A stretch of 54,925 nt of DNA, counting the filler, from Sphacelaria rigidula (lineage: Eukaryota): NCBI GenBank assembly GCA_964200075.2. It is 5 parts of 5 records of this genome, joined end to end, with 100 filler letters (N's around TTAATTAATTAA, not from the genome) between each part and the next. Parts side by side here need not be neighbours in the genome. Positions count along the whole stretch, not along the records: positions 22,013 to 32,917 come from CAXNAA020005707.1; positions 33,018 to 43,921 come from CAXNAA020005708.1; 3 more parts are not named here. One strand, given 5' to 3'. A program made the position numbers and the translations under genes. The notes beneath the pieces were generated by a model, which saw only the letters and a list, made by a program, of their open reading frames with translations, was not told the origin of the DNA and ran no database searches. Within the stretch, counting starts at the first letter, position 1; each line of letters starts with the position of its first letter. Positions 24,457-36,109 of this stretch are shown here, piece by piece.

Positions 24457-25344
24457 CAGCTATGAATACATCCCAGAGTATATTGCAGAATACAATGTAC
24501 ATCTATAGCCAGTAATATTCATCTATTGTAATCGCAACACACTTTTGATCGACTCTCACAACATCTATTGTCTTCGATAATAGAGATATATCTCGAGCGA
24601 TTTTTCCTTGCGTCTATTCCTGCAGAACTCCTGGGTCTCTCACGGGGAATGAACGTTACCTAGATGGGCAGTTCTATGTGCTTTGTCTTATAAACGTTCC
24701 AGCTACTCAAGAATGGACAGCTCACGTCATGATGTGCAATTACTAGTTGACAGGGAAAGTCTGTTGTGAAACGAAGTTTTTTTATTGGTCTCCAAAAACG
24801 TCAGTAGTCGAAGTAGTTCGCACGGGGGACTATTGCCCGATCAGTTTTCACTACTTTTTCTTCGGGGCCAATCAGGAACCTGCGTGACACATATGCTTTC
24901 TCTCTCTACAGTAACCCTATACTCGTAAAATTTTTGAACGCGGTTTATAAAACTGCTGAAAATCAACGGGGGTATGCCGCAGGTGGAGAACTGCTAAATG
25001 CACGGTACCCCTTCGAATTTCGAATTAAAAATGAAAAAAACGTAGATTGAGATTGAATATTTATGAAAAGAATAGATAGAACAAAACGTTTTTAGTTGGT
25101 CAACATACTTACTTGTTTTTAGTGTGGGAAGCATGCGCGCGCGTGTGTGTGTGGTGTGCCGGAACCAAGAGATGCGCCGCCCCTTACTAAACCCATGACT
25201 GCGAAAGGCGTGCCATGTATACGCTTGATGAAAATCTGCCCCATATATATTATGTCGGACTTTTTATCTCCTCTCGTTCGCCGAGATGAGTCCTTGGTGT
25301 CAAGGGATCAACTTATCTCCCTCTCGGTACACGCTGGACGCGGC

Positions 25345-25658
25345 GAAAAATTGGAATTTCGATCTCGGGTGAGTGACCTGGATCTGTCAGAAAGAAGAAA
25401 AATATACACCAGAAGTCGATAGGAGGATGGAGTAGATACACAGAATTGCCTCTGGGGCAAGGCAATAGAGAGCAGAAGTCATACAGTGGCAGAATGTGAA
25501 CTATACAAGGAGGAACGGGACGTGCTGGAGGGGCATATACGGGACGTAAACGAAGGTGGCATGAAATCGTTTGATGCAGTAGACAGTAGCGAGAAAATGA
25601 TGGCTATACTAGGAGATAGATGATGGCCAGGGATGGCGAAACAGGACGGGGAGAAGAT

Positions 25659-25660
<2 letters not shown>
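25345..25660 (+). mobile_element. Oligo(C)-ended LINE 3' fragment, left half (continues at 30320-30483)
   Basis: Homologous to 31950-32220; joining across the RTE insertion gives KQDGEKICKMFSCNVWKKRNEY. Confidence 0.85.
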
Positions 25661-25696
<36 letters not shown>

Positions 25697-26586
25697 CGTC
25701 GTCGTCGTCTTCACATAAAAAACCGTTCCGATATTTGCGCAGTACTCTCTACTGGGCATCTGATGCGGACGCCTTCCGTGGTCACAGGCTAACCACCCCA
25801 AACTAGGGTACCATAAAATAAATCGGACCCAGAGACAATTCACGCAGACGCGATACAAAACAAAAAGGAACACTTGAGGAAAGAAAAAAAGAGGAAAGAA
25901 AAAGGACCACTGTTAGCCCTCCAAGTGCCGATGTCATAAGCGACCATTCGGGCTACTGGATGCAGGGCCCATTGGTCCACTCAACACACGAAGGCCAAAC
26001 AGGAAGGGAGCCAAACTCGAGAGCCACGATCACCAGCCAAAGCGATGCGCGTCGCAGGGTTCTAACCTTATACCTCTAGAGGGACAGCTATGTGTAAGAA
26101 TGTACTGCGCAGAACAGGATGAGCACCACATAACACACACCACCTCGGGGGGAGAGGTGCGTTGGAGTCAGCACTTAGTAGAACAAGAACACAAGGAGAT
26201 ATGATGGGGGTTCTGCCACTTCCGCTATTTTCGGTTCGGCACAAGCTGGTTACGCATTCTTCCATCTCCTCCCTCCTCTCCTCAAATCTCCCGTTTAATC
26301 GCACGTTGCCGGCTGGCCTCTTCCTCGATCTTGTTTCAAGAGGTCATGAACCTCTCCGCGCCCTGCAGCACCCCCGCGTGCCATGGAATCCCCCCTTCCC
26401 CCTTAGCTACTGAAGGCTAGAGCGCACTTTCGACCCCGAACGTCTGTCGGTTGCCGTCCGTAGATCCGTTCGTGGCTCTGAAAGCTTGAAAATGTCCCGC
26501 AGGCACTTCAGCCAGTTTTGCTCCGGGCACTCTGGTCCTGGATCCTCCCTCTGACTAAGGCAAGCAACAAATGAGTACGCCCCCCG

Positions 26587-26633
<47 letters not shown>

Positions 26634-29600
26634 CGGCCCGCCCCCGCCGGCCCCCNNNNNNNNNNCGCTTTTCCCTTTTTTTCTCCCGCCCCCCTGGCGC
26701 CGGTTCCCCCCCCCCCCCACAGCCAAAAAAAAAAGAAGACCCCCCCCCCCCCCCCCCCCCCCACGAGGGTTCCCAATGCCAATCGCTTCGGGAGTCGTCC
26801 GCCCGGTTGTCTAGCCAGGGCTCCCGCGAACAGCAGTGGCCGTTGCCGGACGATGGCTTCAGCACTTTAGCATCCGGTCTTCTTGAGGGCCTGGGCGTAT
26901 GACTACTGTCGGTATGTGCCACGCACTCGGCGGTGCCCGATAACCCGCAGAAGGAGCCGGTAGTGTAATGTCCGTAGCAACCGGTAGTGCTCACTGCGCG
27001 GGGCCCACGTCATGCATCCATACAGTAGGGCGTTCATCGCTTCTGCCTTCAGCAGTCAGACCTCGAGTTCCCACGGTGCTTTCGGCCGGTCAAAGAGCTC
27101 TCGGGAAAGCTTTCTGATGCACGCCCACGCGTCCCTGCTCCGGTTGTTGATCTCTTGTGTGAGCTCGCCACCTTTGGTGACGAGCCCACCCAAGTATCGG
27201 AACTTCGTGGTTTGCGCGTACTTGTGGCCCGCTGCTTTGATGACCAATGGTGGTGGTGGGGAGTGTTGGTGGCTTCCCCTTCTGCGGCGGTTTTTTCGGT
27301 GCTCGCATCAGAAGTCTCTGTCTTCTTCTCCGACACCGTCAGTCCGAAGGCCCCGAACACGCGTATTGTAAGGGTCACCATCCTCGCCAGGCCGTCCGTC
27401 AGGGGACCTCGAGACGACGGCCGCGTCATCGGCATACAGCATTCCCCACACCGCTCTCCGCACGCGTTCCAGAGGTGTCTCCGTCTCCCTCACCGTCTCC
27501 TCGTCGAGGTACACCATGTCCTTGAGGATGGTGTCGTCCTCGCTGAATCGCACGAGAACTATCTCGAGCGCTGCAGCAAAAAAGATATTGAACAGCACCG
27601 GAGACAGCACACACCCTTGCCGTGGTCCCTGGGTGACCTTCAACCACTCCGAGAGATCCCCGCCGTCCATGCGTACGCGGGCCTGCATGCCATCGTGGAA
27701 TTGGCGGATAATGGCTATCATCTCATCCGGAATACGAGCTCGGGCAAGCATCTGCCATAGGAGCTCTCGGTCGACCGGATCACAGGCCTTTTGGAGGTCG
27801 GCGAAGCACATGTGCAGTGGTATTCTCCGTCCTCGTCACAAATCCCGGAGTCGGCGCACTACGAACAACATGTCGACGGTGGATCGATCAGGTCGTATCT
27901 CGTGTGCTTCGCAGTAGTCGCTGAGGCGGTTGGCCACTTTCTTCGAAAGCACTTTCCCCGCGTGTGACGCCACTGAGATTCCCTGGTAGTTGTTAGAGCC
28001 GGAGCAGTCTGATTTCTTGTAAAGCACTTTGATGGTAGCGTATTTCCACTCTTGCGGGTCTCACCTCTGTTCCACACCTTGACGAGGATAGCATGGAAGC
28101 GTTCGATAACGACGGGCTCGGCTCAACCGTCGATCTTGAGTAGTTTTACAGGGAGAGAGTCATGTCCTGGCGCTTTCCAGTTATGCATCCCCCAGACTGC
28201 TCGTCTGGTTTCCTCCAGTGTTGGTGCTGCCCCAAGCGGTGCCGAATCACCGGTGGTTGAAGCTGCCGGTCGCTACTTCACCTCCTCGATGATGGCTGGG
28301 TTCAGCGTGGGCGATTTGGTGTTGGGCAGGGTGCGGAAAAATCTCGCCCACCGAGTGAGGATGGCAATTTTGTTCCTCAGTAGAACTGTTGCCCCCTGGA
28401 TTGCTTCCACCAAGACCAACTGATCTTTCAAGGCGTTTGTACAGGCCTCTCATGCGGCGATCCTTGTAGATCGCTTCTAGCCTCGCCACATACCTCTCCA
28501 GATGTGAATGGATGCCGTCGTCTATTGCTGTAGGTGCGCTCTTACACGCGGCTCTGAGTGCTCTCCATGTTGCTGGGGTCCGGTTATCCTTCATCAATCG
28601 GCGTGCCTCTCGTCGTTTGGCCAGCGCTGCCTCCACTGTTGCTCTCGTGTCGAGGTTTTCACACCATTCCGGCATACGTGGTATCCGTGCCTCTTCCGGA
28701 AGTAATGACTGCGCTCCTTCGAGGATAGCTTGGGTAAATTCCTTTGCGATTGCCGGTGCGGTGAATTGCTGGTATTTTTGCTCACCGAGGATATGTTGGA
28801 ACCTCTCGGTCCCGTGCCACCGTGCGATTTCGGTCTGCAGCTGCTGCCCACTGAATCGCCGCCTTTTCGATTTGGTTCGTAGTGGGCCGTTGTGGGCTAG
28901 ACGTCCAACGAGGTCGACAGTAGCCACCACCATGTTGTGGTCCGAATCCGCTTTAGCCGGGGGTGCCAGTTGGGGGTGTACGAGCTTCGTTGCGCACTCT
29001 ACCTCGGTGTGCCTGCCGGGTGAGTATGTAGTCTATGCGCTTAAAGTCGCTCGTGCGATTCGCTGCAACACCGTTGAATGTGTGCGAGGCTCCGCCTTTG
29101 CGCGTGCTGAAGAAGGTGTTCGTGACGGCTAGTTTGTTGTTGGCTGTGAAATTTAGCAGTAGTTTGCCGTTATCGTTGAGCTCATCACGTCCATGGGCGC
29201 CTAGGACCCCTTCGTTCTCTAAGCCCTCTCCAACTTCATCCCCCGTCCGCGCGTTGGCATCCATCAATACATACACACATTCCTTCGGCGGGATTTGCTG
29301 TACGAGATCGTCAAGTCCATCCCAGAACGCTTGTTTCGTTTCGTTCTTGGCGACTTCAGCTGGTGCATGCGCAGGTACGAAATTGATCGCTCCGTTTTGT
29401 CCCGATATTTCGAATCGCATTGCCATGAGGCGCTCGTCAACGAACTCAGTGGTATAGGTAGCGTTATTGCAAATCGACTCTTTCACGGCTATTCCCACAC
29501 CGTGTTGCCCACCTGACTCGCTCCCACAGCAAAAGACTCTGAACCCTGCTGCTGTACAGTCTGTTCGTCCCGCCCTCCCTGTCTCCTGCAGTCCTACCAC

Positions 29601-30319
29601 CGATACCACGATATGTGAAGTTTCGCAGCCTCGTACAACACGCTGTAGTCTCGCCCCCATTCGTTGGCCCCTTTCACAGCTAGAGTTCTGACATTGTAAG
29701 CGGCTACCTTAACAAGCTGCCTCCGCTGTCCCGCCCGGGCTACTCGTGCTGCTTTCCTAGCAAGCCTCCGTCTCGCCCGGCCCCTCCTCCTCTTGTTTCT
29801 GCTTTTTTTCATTTGTTCTCTTTTAATCGCACTGTGGACTCTCTGGCGTGTGCTAGCCCGATGCTCGTCTTGTATCACAGGCAGGTGCAACTCTCCTGCT
29901 CTGTCCAACTCTACTCCTTCCTCGCTCCTGGTGTACGTACCCACGCGATGTGCAGCCCCTCCATTCCTGTCTAGGCTGTCCTAACTGCGGTCTCCGCCGC
30001 TGCATAGCCCCGGTATCCAGACCGGTGCTTTAGCATTTAGCGGCATGCTGCTGCTGAAGTTGTCCTGAAACGAAGCACACGCCACTCTCGTGATCGTGGT
30101 GCCTCTTATCTTCCCAACTTAGTCTCCCCGTCGATACGAGGCTTGAGCTCGTGTCTCCGCCGTCGTTGGGTGGTCTTTGAGTGGTGGTATAAGATCACAG
30201 GCGGACTTCTGCCCGCCCTAGTGTGGACAGGTCGGGAGGAGGGGGTGGTATCTGAAACAAATAGTGCGATATGAGCTCCGCTGTGTCTCACGACCCCTGT
30301 ATCTACAATCGCCCTCAAC
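25661..30319 (-). mobile_element. Apparently full-length, frameshifted RTE-type LINE (APE endonuclease + RT) with (AAC)n tail
   Basis: AYNVRTL, VGLQET, MDANARTG, RIDYIL (APE); FADLQKA, QGCVLSPVLFN, LYADD, FRYLG (RT). TSD AGATAT at 25655-25660 and 30320-30325. Confidence 0.93.
26552..26762 (+). mobile_element. Very short oligo(C)-LINE 3' end with long, poorly assembled C tract, inside the RTE ORF
   Basis: tgactaaggcaagcaacaaatgagtacg followed by ~50 C and a gap; splits the RTE reading LGTLVG..EDPGPECPEQNW. Confidence 0.8.
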
Positions 30320-30483
30320 AGATATGCAAAATGTTTTCGTGTAATGTATGGAAGAAACGTAATGAGTACCGGAATATTGGAGGTGTCTCTATTAGGAGTA
30401 GGAACGGTGTTCCGTCTCGAAGAGGATGCGTGGTCGATGGTCGACCGATCAAGGCAAGCAACGATAAAAACGCCCCCCCCCCT
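30320..30483 (+). mobile_element. Oligo(C)-ended LINE 3' terminus, right half
   Basis: GGVSIRSRNGVPSRRGCVVDG..KASN followed by a C run. Confidence 0.85.
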
Positions 30484-31213
30484 CCTCTGGTATATGCTTT
30501 ACATGTTGGTCTCGCGGCTTGGATCAATACTGCGGAATACCGATTCGACTCTCGCCAAACAAACCCAGTCAAACCATGTTTGTACACTAAAGTATTCACA
30601 AGTAATTCAGGGAGAGACGAACACGTCCCAAACAAATCCCCCGCCAGTAGTAGCATGAACGAGCAAAATCTAACGCACTCCCACCCGTTACGGACAGGTC
30701 TCCCGTGCCCTAGGTTGCTGGTAAGGGAGTGCGTGCATCAAGAGCTCAAGATTATAGGGGCACACCATAACTCCCAGGGAAAGCACTCTCTGGCTGTACC
30801 GAACACCCAGCTTACGGCCAATCCTTGCTCTATATATCGAGAGAGGAAAATCCCCCCGCATTGAAGTACCCTCGCCAAGGGGACTTCGATAGTCGTCTTC
30901 ATAGCAGGAGGGACCGCCAACTTCTTTGGCAGAATACGTAGGCGCATCGTAGGCTCATAAAGCAGTATTTTTTCGTCGTCGTACTTTGAACTCCTCACCT
31001 TCTTCGGGATGAGTCCGTCGTCCCAAGGGATCAACCCATCTCTCTCCCGGTACGCGCCTTGCATTTTGGTCTCACGGGTTGGGTCAGCACTCGCGCACCG
31101 CGTCAACTCATCTCAAACAAACGTAGTCGACTACTTTGTTTACTCACGTTCTCACGCTTTCCACGATGGAAAGCAGACATTACGAAGNNNNNNNNNNACA
31201 AAGAAAATACCCA

Positions 31214-31281
31214 ACGCATCGGGAATCGAACCCTCGTTCTCTCCACCCAAATGGCGACAGTCGGACCATTACACAACCGGG
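31214..31281 (-). mobile_element. tRNA-like SINE head (second family) or tRNA pseudogene
   Basis: A-box-like TGTGTAATGG and B box GGTTCGATTCC; no convincing cloverleaf. Confidence 0.55.
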
Positions 31282-31378
31282 CAGTAAAAAGATATACCTA
31301 GAAAAAAACATCTTCATTTTATTCTAGTTATAAACGACGGGACGTCCGTCCGTCCGTGCGTGCGCACTGCGTACGTAC

Positions 31379-31458
31379 CTCATTGGATGGTCCTACTCCA
31401 CCCAGCGGCGGCGAGAAAAGTTTGCAATCGATTTCGTCTTGCCAAGGGGCTGGCTCGC
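31379..31458 (-). CDS. DUF4336 family protein, exon
   Basis: GEPAPWQDEIDCKLFSPPLGGVGPSNE; AAG acceptor, GTACGT donor; phase 1 matches the upstream exon. Confidence 0.85.
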
Positions 31459-31532
31459 CTTCAAGCGATCATCAATGCGGTTCAAGAGTGGGGGAAATCC
31501 ACAGTAACGACAGAGCAGGGCGAGTTAGCTAC

Positions 31533-31605
31533 TAAGTTAGTAAGTTAGTAAGTTAGTAGGTTAGGAAGTTAGTAGGTTAGTAAGTTAGTAAGTTAGCAAG
31601 TTAGT
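31533..31605. repeat. 8-bp tandem repeat (AGTTAGTA)n
   Basis: About nine units seen directly. Confidence 0.9.
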
Positions 31606-31939
31606 GATCATCATCATCATTATTATTCTCATTCGTACTACTATTTCCGCACATTATGGCTACTCGTCATTTACTCGTGCGTTCGGCTCGCCGTTTCACC
31701 TTCTCAACCTTCGATTGTCCTTGCATTGATCATGAATAGATGAAAAAAATGATGTTCCGCTGTCATCAGATCAACAAAACATTACATCAATTCAACAGAT
31801 GCACCAACCAATCTGCCTGGGAACTTCTTGTCGGGGTTTGCAGTACTGTCAAAAAATGCGATGCGATTACCGAAGTACCGGGGAAAGTATGAATCAATTT
31901 GTTCCGTCGAGACTATGGGCTCGTCCCGATGCCCCCCCG

Positions 31940-32501
31940 CCTTGCCAAAAAGAAGAAAGAGATACACCAGTGGTCGGGTGAAGGAGGAAGCAGATGCACA
32001 GGAATGCCCTTGTGGCAAAGCAACACAGAGTAGAACTCATAGAGTGCGAGAATGTGAACTATACAATGAGGAACGGGACGTGTCAGAGGGGGAGATGAGG
32101 GAACTAAACATGTGTGACATGAAACCTTTTCGGACTTCAGATTGTAGCGAGAAAATGGTGGTCAAACTAGGAGATGAATGGTGGCCGCAGACAGCGAAAC
32201 AGGGAAAACATAGAGTGTGCAACGGTTTTGTGTAATGGTTTTGATTAAAAACAATTTATTGTCGCGCTTGAACTGACCCCCCAGGGGTCCAGCTGCGGTC
32301 TCATGATAGACGTACCCAAGAAAAACGAAACTGAAACACGCTCTGAGAAAAAGAAGGAACAGAAAATAGTGTATGGGGAAAACATCATGTACGCCCAAAT
32401 GTCGGAGGTGTCTCTATTAGAAGTAAGAACGGTGCCTCCTTTCGAACGGGATGCGTGGTCCAAGGTCAAATAAACGAGACCAGCAGCAAATGAGTACCCC
32501 C
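31940..32501 (+). mobile_element. Oligo(C)-ended LINE 3' fragment with C-terminal zinc finger, interrupted by an (ATCA)-LINE end at ~32240-32365
   Basis: CPCGKATQSRTHRVREC motif; terminus aaatgagtaccccc; lies in the DUF4336 intron. Confidence 0.8.
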
Positions 32502-32616
32502 GGAGAATGCTCAAGAAGGACGAAAAGAGCAGCAACAAACGACAGCGATAGATCATGACTGCAGCAGCAGCAACAACAAAAGTGGATCACGACAACAACG
32601 ATGCACGCGAACATAC

Positions 32617-32749
32617 CTTCACACAGTGTCCCGTCTACGCGGAAAGCCGGCGGGAGATTGATGGGCCATGACCACTGTCCAGGACACACGTAGACCTTCG
32701 CTTCGGGAAACCTGTCGCTGAAAGGCTTCACGTACACCTTGTGTTCAAA
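32617..32749 (-). CDS. DUF4336 family protein, exon
   Basis: FEHKVYVKPFSDRFPEAKVYVCPGQWSWPINLP matches the recalled EHK.F..PF...FP.A.V.V.P.QWS.P.NLP motif; CAG acceptor, GTATGT donor. Confidence 0.9.
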
Positions 32750-33368
32750 CTGAGGCAAACACCGACGCACCGACGGGGTGGGGCGAACGCGCGCCGCGAG
32801 GGGAGAACGGCGCGTGGCAGCGCGCGCGGGGTGGTGTTCTCATGATCATGCATGCCATAGTCATAAGACCTTTGACCTCGCATCCCTACCATGCCGGGAC
32901 GGAGCACGCCGGGTTTTNNNNNNNNNNNNNNNNNNNNNNNNNNNNNNNNNNNNNNNNNNNNTTAATTAATTAANNNNNNNNNNNNNNNNNNNNNNNNNNN
33001 NNNNNNNNNNNNNNNNNTCTTCACCGTCGGAGCGGATCGTGTCGAGTTCAACCGAGGAGGGGAGAGCTGTGGGCCTTCGACACGTTGGATAATCAGGCTC
33101 GTGAATTGAGCGACTATCTGGAAAACGTGGGCAACCATGTCGATGGATAGAGAAAAGACCGGACGATACCATTGCGGTTACAGAAAGTCTGACGATGCAG
33201 CTCGCGAATAACGCGGTGGTATGTCGGATGGAGGAAGTGTTGAGCCGGTTGGCCCCACCACGGGCTGGTTCTATTTCACCAGGAGGTCGCTCTGTCACAC
33301 CAGGAACGGGTTCTATCAGCAGCTTCGTCGATGGGACTTTGCCCGACGCGGCAGCTAGGGGTAGTGTC

Positions 33369-33617
33369 GACACTTTCTATGATAGCCCCCCCCCCGAAAG
33401 TGCATGGTTTTGGGAAGCGAAATCTTCACGTAAATCGAAATGGGAATTGCCGAGGATAACGAGTAGCTATGCATTCACACGCTTGGGTTGGTTCTAGCCA
33501 ATGTCGCCAATATGAGGCGCATCATGCAGCATGGACCCAAACGTCGGGCCCTGTATTGCCAGTTTTTTCGTGACACTTTTGGGCTGGTTTTGGGGGGGGG
33601 CTATCGTAGAAAGTGTC
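33369..33617. mobile_element. MITE with TIR GACACTTTCTAyGATAGCCCCC and 4-bp TSD
   Basis: TSD TGTC on both sides; second copy at 41458-41710. Confidence 0.85.
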
Positions 33618-33782
33618 TGTCGCAGACGCGGCCCGGCCGCTAAAGCGTATATCTGCTTACGCGATCAGGCATGCAGGCTAGGAGATTCAAGTGGCCTGGT
33701 GCGCCATCCTAGCGGCACGGCGAATGTGTAGGTGCTGGACCGCACGGCGAATCTGCAGGCGCTGGTTGGGGTAATGGTGGAA

Positions 33783-34205
33783 CGCATACGGGCCTGCCCC
33801 GTTCTGCCCGTCCACACGACGGTGTCCCGCATCTCTGTTGCCCCATGCCTCTAAACACGAAAAGTATAGGATCGAAGAAGTGATGGATGCGACTCTGGCC
33901 CATACTGTTCGCGCCGCGATCTACTATATGACACATGCATCGCTTCTGACCGTCTTCGCACACGCTAGCACCGGAAACGGCACGTGCAACCTGCGATTGT
34001 ACGCGCCGTTATGGTGCTGAAGTAGACAAACGCGGTCAACTGAGATGCATCCGTAATTTTGAAGATTGCTGCCCGTACAGCATGAGCCGGGGTCACAACA
34101 TCTAGCATTTCTTCAATACTGATATTTTCGTGTTTAGAGACATGGGGCACAAGAGATGCCGGACACCGTCGTGTGGACGGGCAAAACAGAGCAGGCACGT
34201 ATGTG
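33783..34205. repeat. ~420-bp imperfect foldback with 7-nt loop
   Basis: Arms pair from cgcatacg/cgtatgtg inward to loop CCTGCGA (33990-33996). Confidence 0.9.
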
Positions 34206-34695
34206 ATCGATGAGGTTCAGACCGTCAGCAATTGCCCCATGGTTGTGCCTATTCGCAAGCACTATATCCGGACGGAAGGCACACGAACAACGAGTCAAAA
34301 GAGGGGAGGGGGGGGGAGCTGCCTGTGGATCGGTGATTCAATGAAGAAAACTGCGAAAGTGCTGATATCCAGCGCATCATACATAGTCATTCGCTGGTTG
34401 AAAATTGGTTGAAGACCACAGATCATTGTCACACAAAGTCAGATGCCGAGTATCTAGAAGCAGCAGCCGCCGCCCACCAACGCGCGGCGTTTGCCAACAA
34501 ATAAATGTATACGGGGCCAGTAACAACAATCGATGAACAGAGCGGTATCGAGTTACAGTAAACCAAGGTTCTGAGTTATGTACAGATAGTACATACCCAC
34601 ATACTAGCGCGCACAACATACACACATGCGGGCGCGGAACACTTATCCAAGCGCCGCGTCACCCATTTCGTAGAATTTCCTTCGCAAGAACTCAC

Positions 34696-34937
34696 TTCAT
34701 CGCATTGTCCGCACCGCTACCGGACGACGGTGCCCAGGACCGGTGGATCGCATGGAGGTTTTGGACGACCTCTTCGATCCTCGGGTCGAATGCTAGCTTT
34801 TTTATGTGGTCAAGCGACCACCCGTCCTTCGGCGTTCTCCTGTTGCCGTGCTTCGTGTGTCTTTCCCCCGAAGCCAGCCACAACAGCGCCGCTGTGATCA
34901 CGAGCACAAACCATGGTATACCGAACGATCGGCCCAT
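34696..34937 (-). CDS. Probable first coding exon of a secreted/ER-targeted protein
   Basis: MGRSFGIPWFVLVITAALLWLASG signal-peptide-like start; exon 34953-34696 has a GCAG acceptor and GTGAGT donor; no family recognised. Confidence 0.55.
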
Positions 34938-35243
34938 GGTTGACACCTTCCACCTGCGTGGAGTGCAGTCGAAAGGTATACACAGTGAACGTGAATGTAG
35001 ATATCGACGGGGTTGACTCATTGGTTCGCTACAGAAGAAGGGCGTGCAGTTCCTACGAGACACCGCGTCTTGTAGTCCTATCCGTGCACAATGATGTACC
35101 GGTTGAAGAGGGCTAACATCACTAGAAAACAACACAGGCAATGCTCATGCTGTAAGGAGACGTGCGAACCGGCACCTCTGCACACTTGATTTGCAGTACA
35201 GTAGTTCATATCTGAAACCGGACATTTGCGCAGTTGTTCTGTA

Positions 35244-36109
35244 TAGTCGGGAATATTCGAAAGTGTTTTCGCGTGCCACCGTTCATCCCCGTGAACGTTT
35301 GATTCCAACGCTTGGGGATTGGGAGATACTTGGCATCCCCTTCATTTTCCGAAATTATATCACATCTGCGTTCATCGTTATTTGAACGACTTACGGGCTG
35401 GACGTTTTTCGGGGGTTGTGAGACTACTCAGGCCTGGGTTCTGACCCTTATTGAGTATTCTTTCTCATTTGATTCAAAACGATCCAATCGTTGTCGTGAA
35501 GAAACGCATTTTTATTCTTCTCAAGTTATATCTGTATTTTTTTGGGCTAGAGCCGAGATCTGTGTTTTCTGGACCAGTGGCGGTCGATAACACCCCCTGA
35601 TGAACAAGGTACTTACTCCGTATCACCCCAACAACACCGATTGAGGATTGTGCTCTGAGCACAACCTGCTTCTCGTCTCAATGTCTATCGACGCTAGGGC
35701 GTTTGAACCCCAAGAACGGATACTACGTGAGAAAATCCAGCAAAACACTCAAGGACAGATCCAGGAAAATACCCCAAAACGACGAGTGCCCAACCGAGCT
35801 CTGCATATCACAGGCGGGAGTGAACCAATTCCGATCACTCTCATGAACGGTTCTTCGAACCCTCAATATTTTACAGTATTTTTACCCGTTCATCACGTAG
35901 AGCCGAAAGAAGCGTGTTTTGGAGCAAAAACTGTCAAAAACACCCCTTGTCACTTAAGCTCGGAAGTCGTTCAATATTGAGCGCATGGACGATGTTTGTT
36001 TCGGAATGTGGAGTGGATGCCCAGTACCTCCCGACTTCCCAACGTTGGCATCAACCGCTAGCCGGCATCAGCGGTGGCACGCGAGATAACCGTTGAATAT
36101 CGCCGACTA
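35244..36109. mobile_element. Non-autonomous element with ~180-bp diverged TIRs
   Basis: 35244-35420 is a diverged reverse complement of ~35930-36109; termini TAGTCGG...CCGACTA; no TSD resolved. Confidence 0.7.

Noticed and set aside
26571..26782. Poly-Pro/poly-Gly ORFs
   Set aside because: Low-quality homopolymer tract around an N gap.
31360..31548. Plus-strand exon (AARKVCNRFRLAKG...)
   Set aside because: Antisense shadow of the phase-matched DUF4336 exon.
32617..34937. Signal-peptide exon as the first exon of the DUF4336 gene
   Set aside because: They lie on different contigs separated by an artificial linker.
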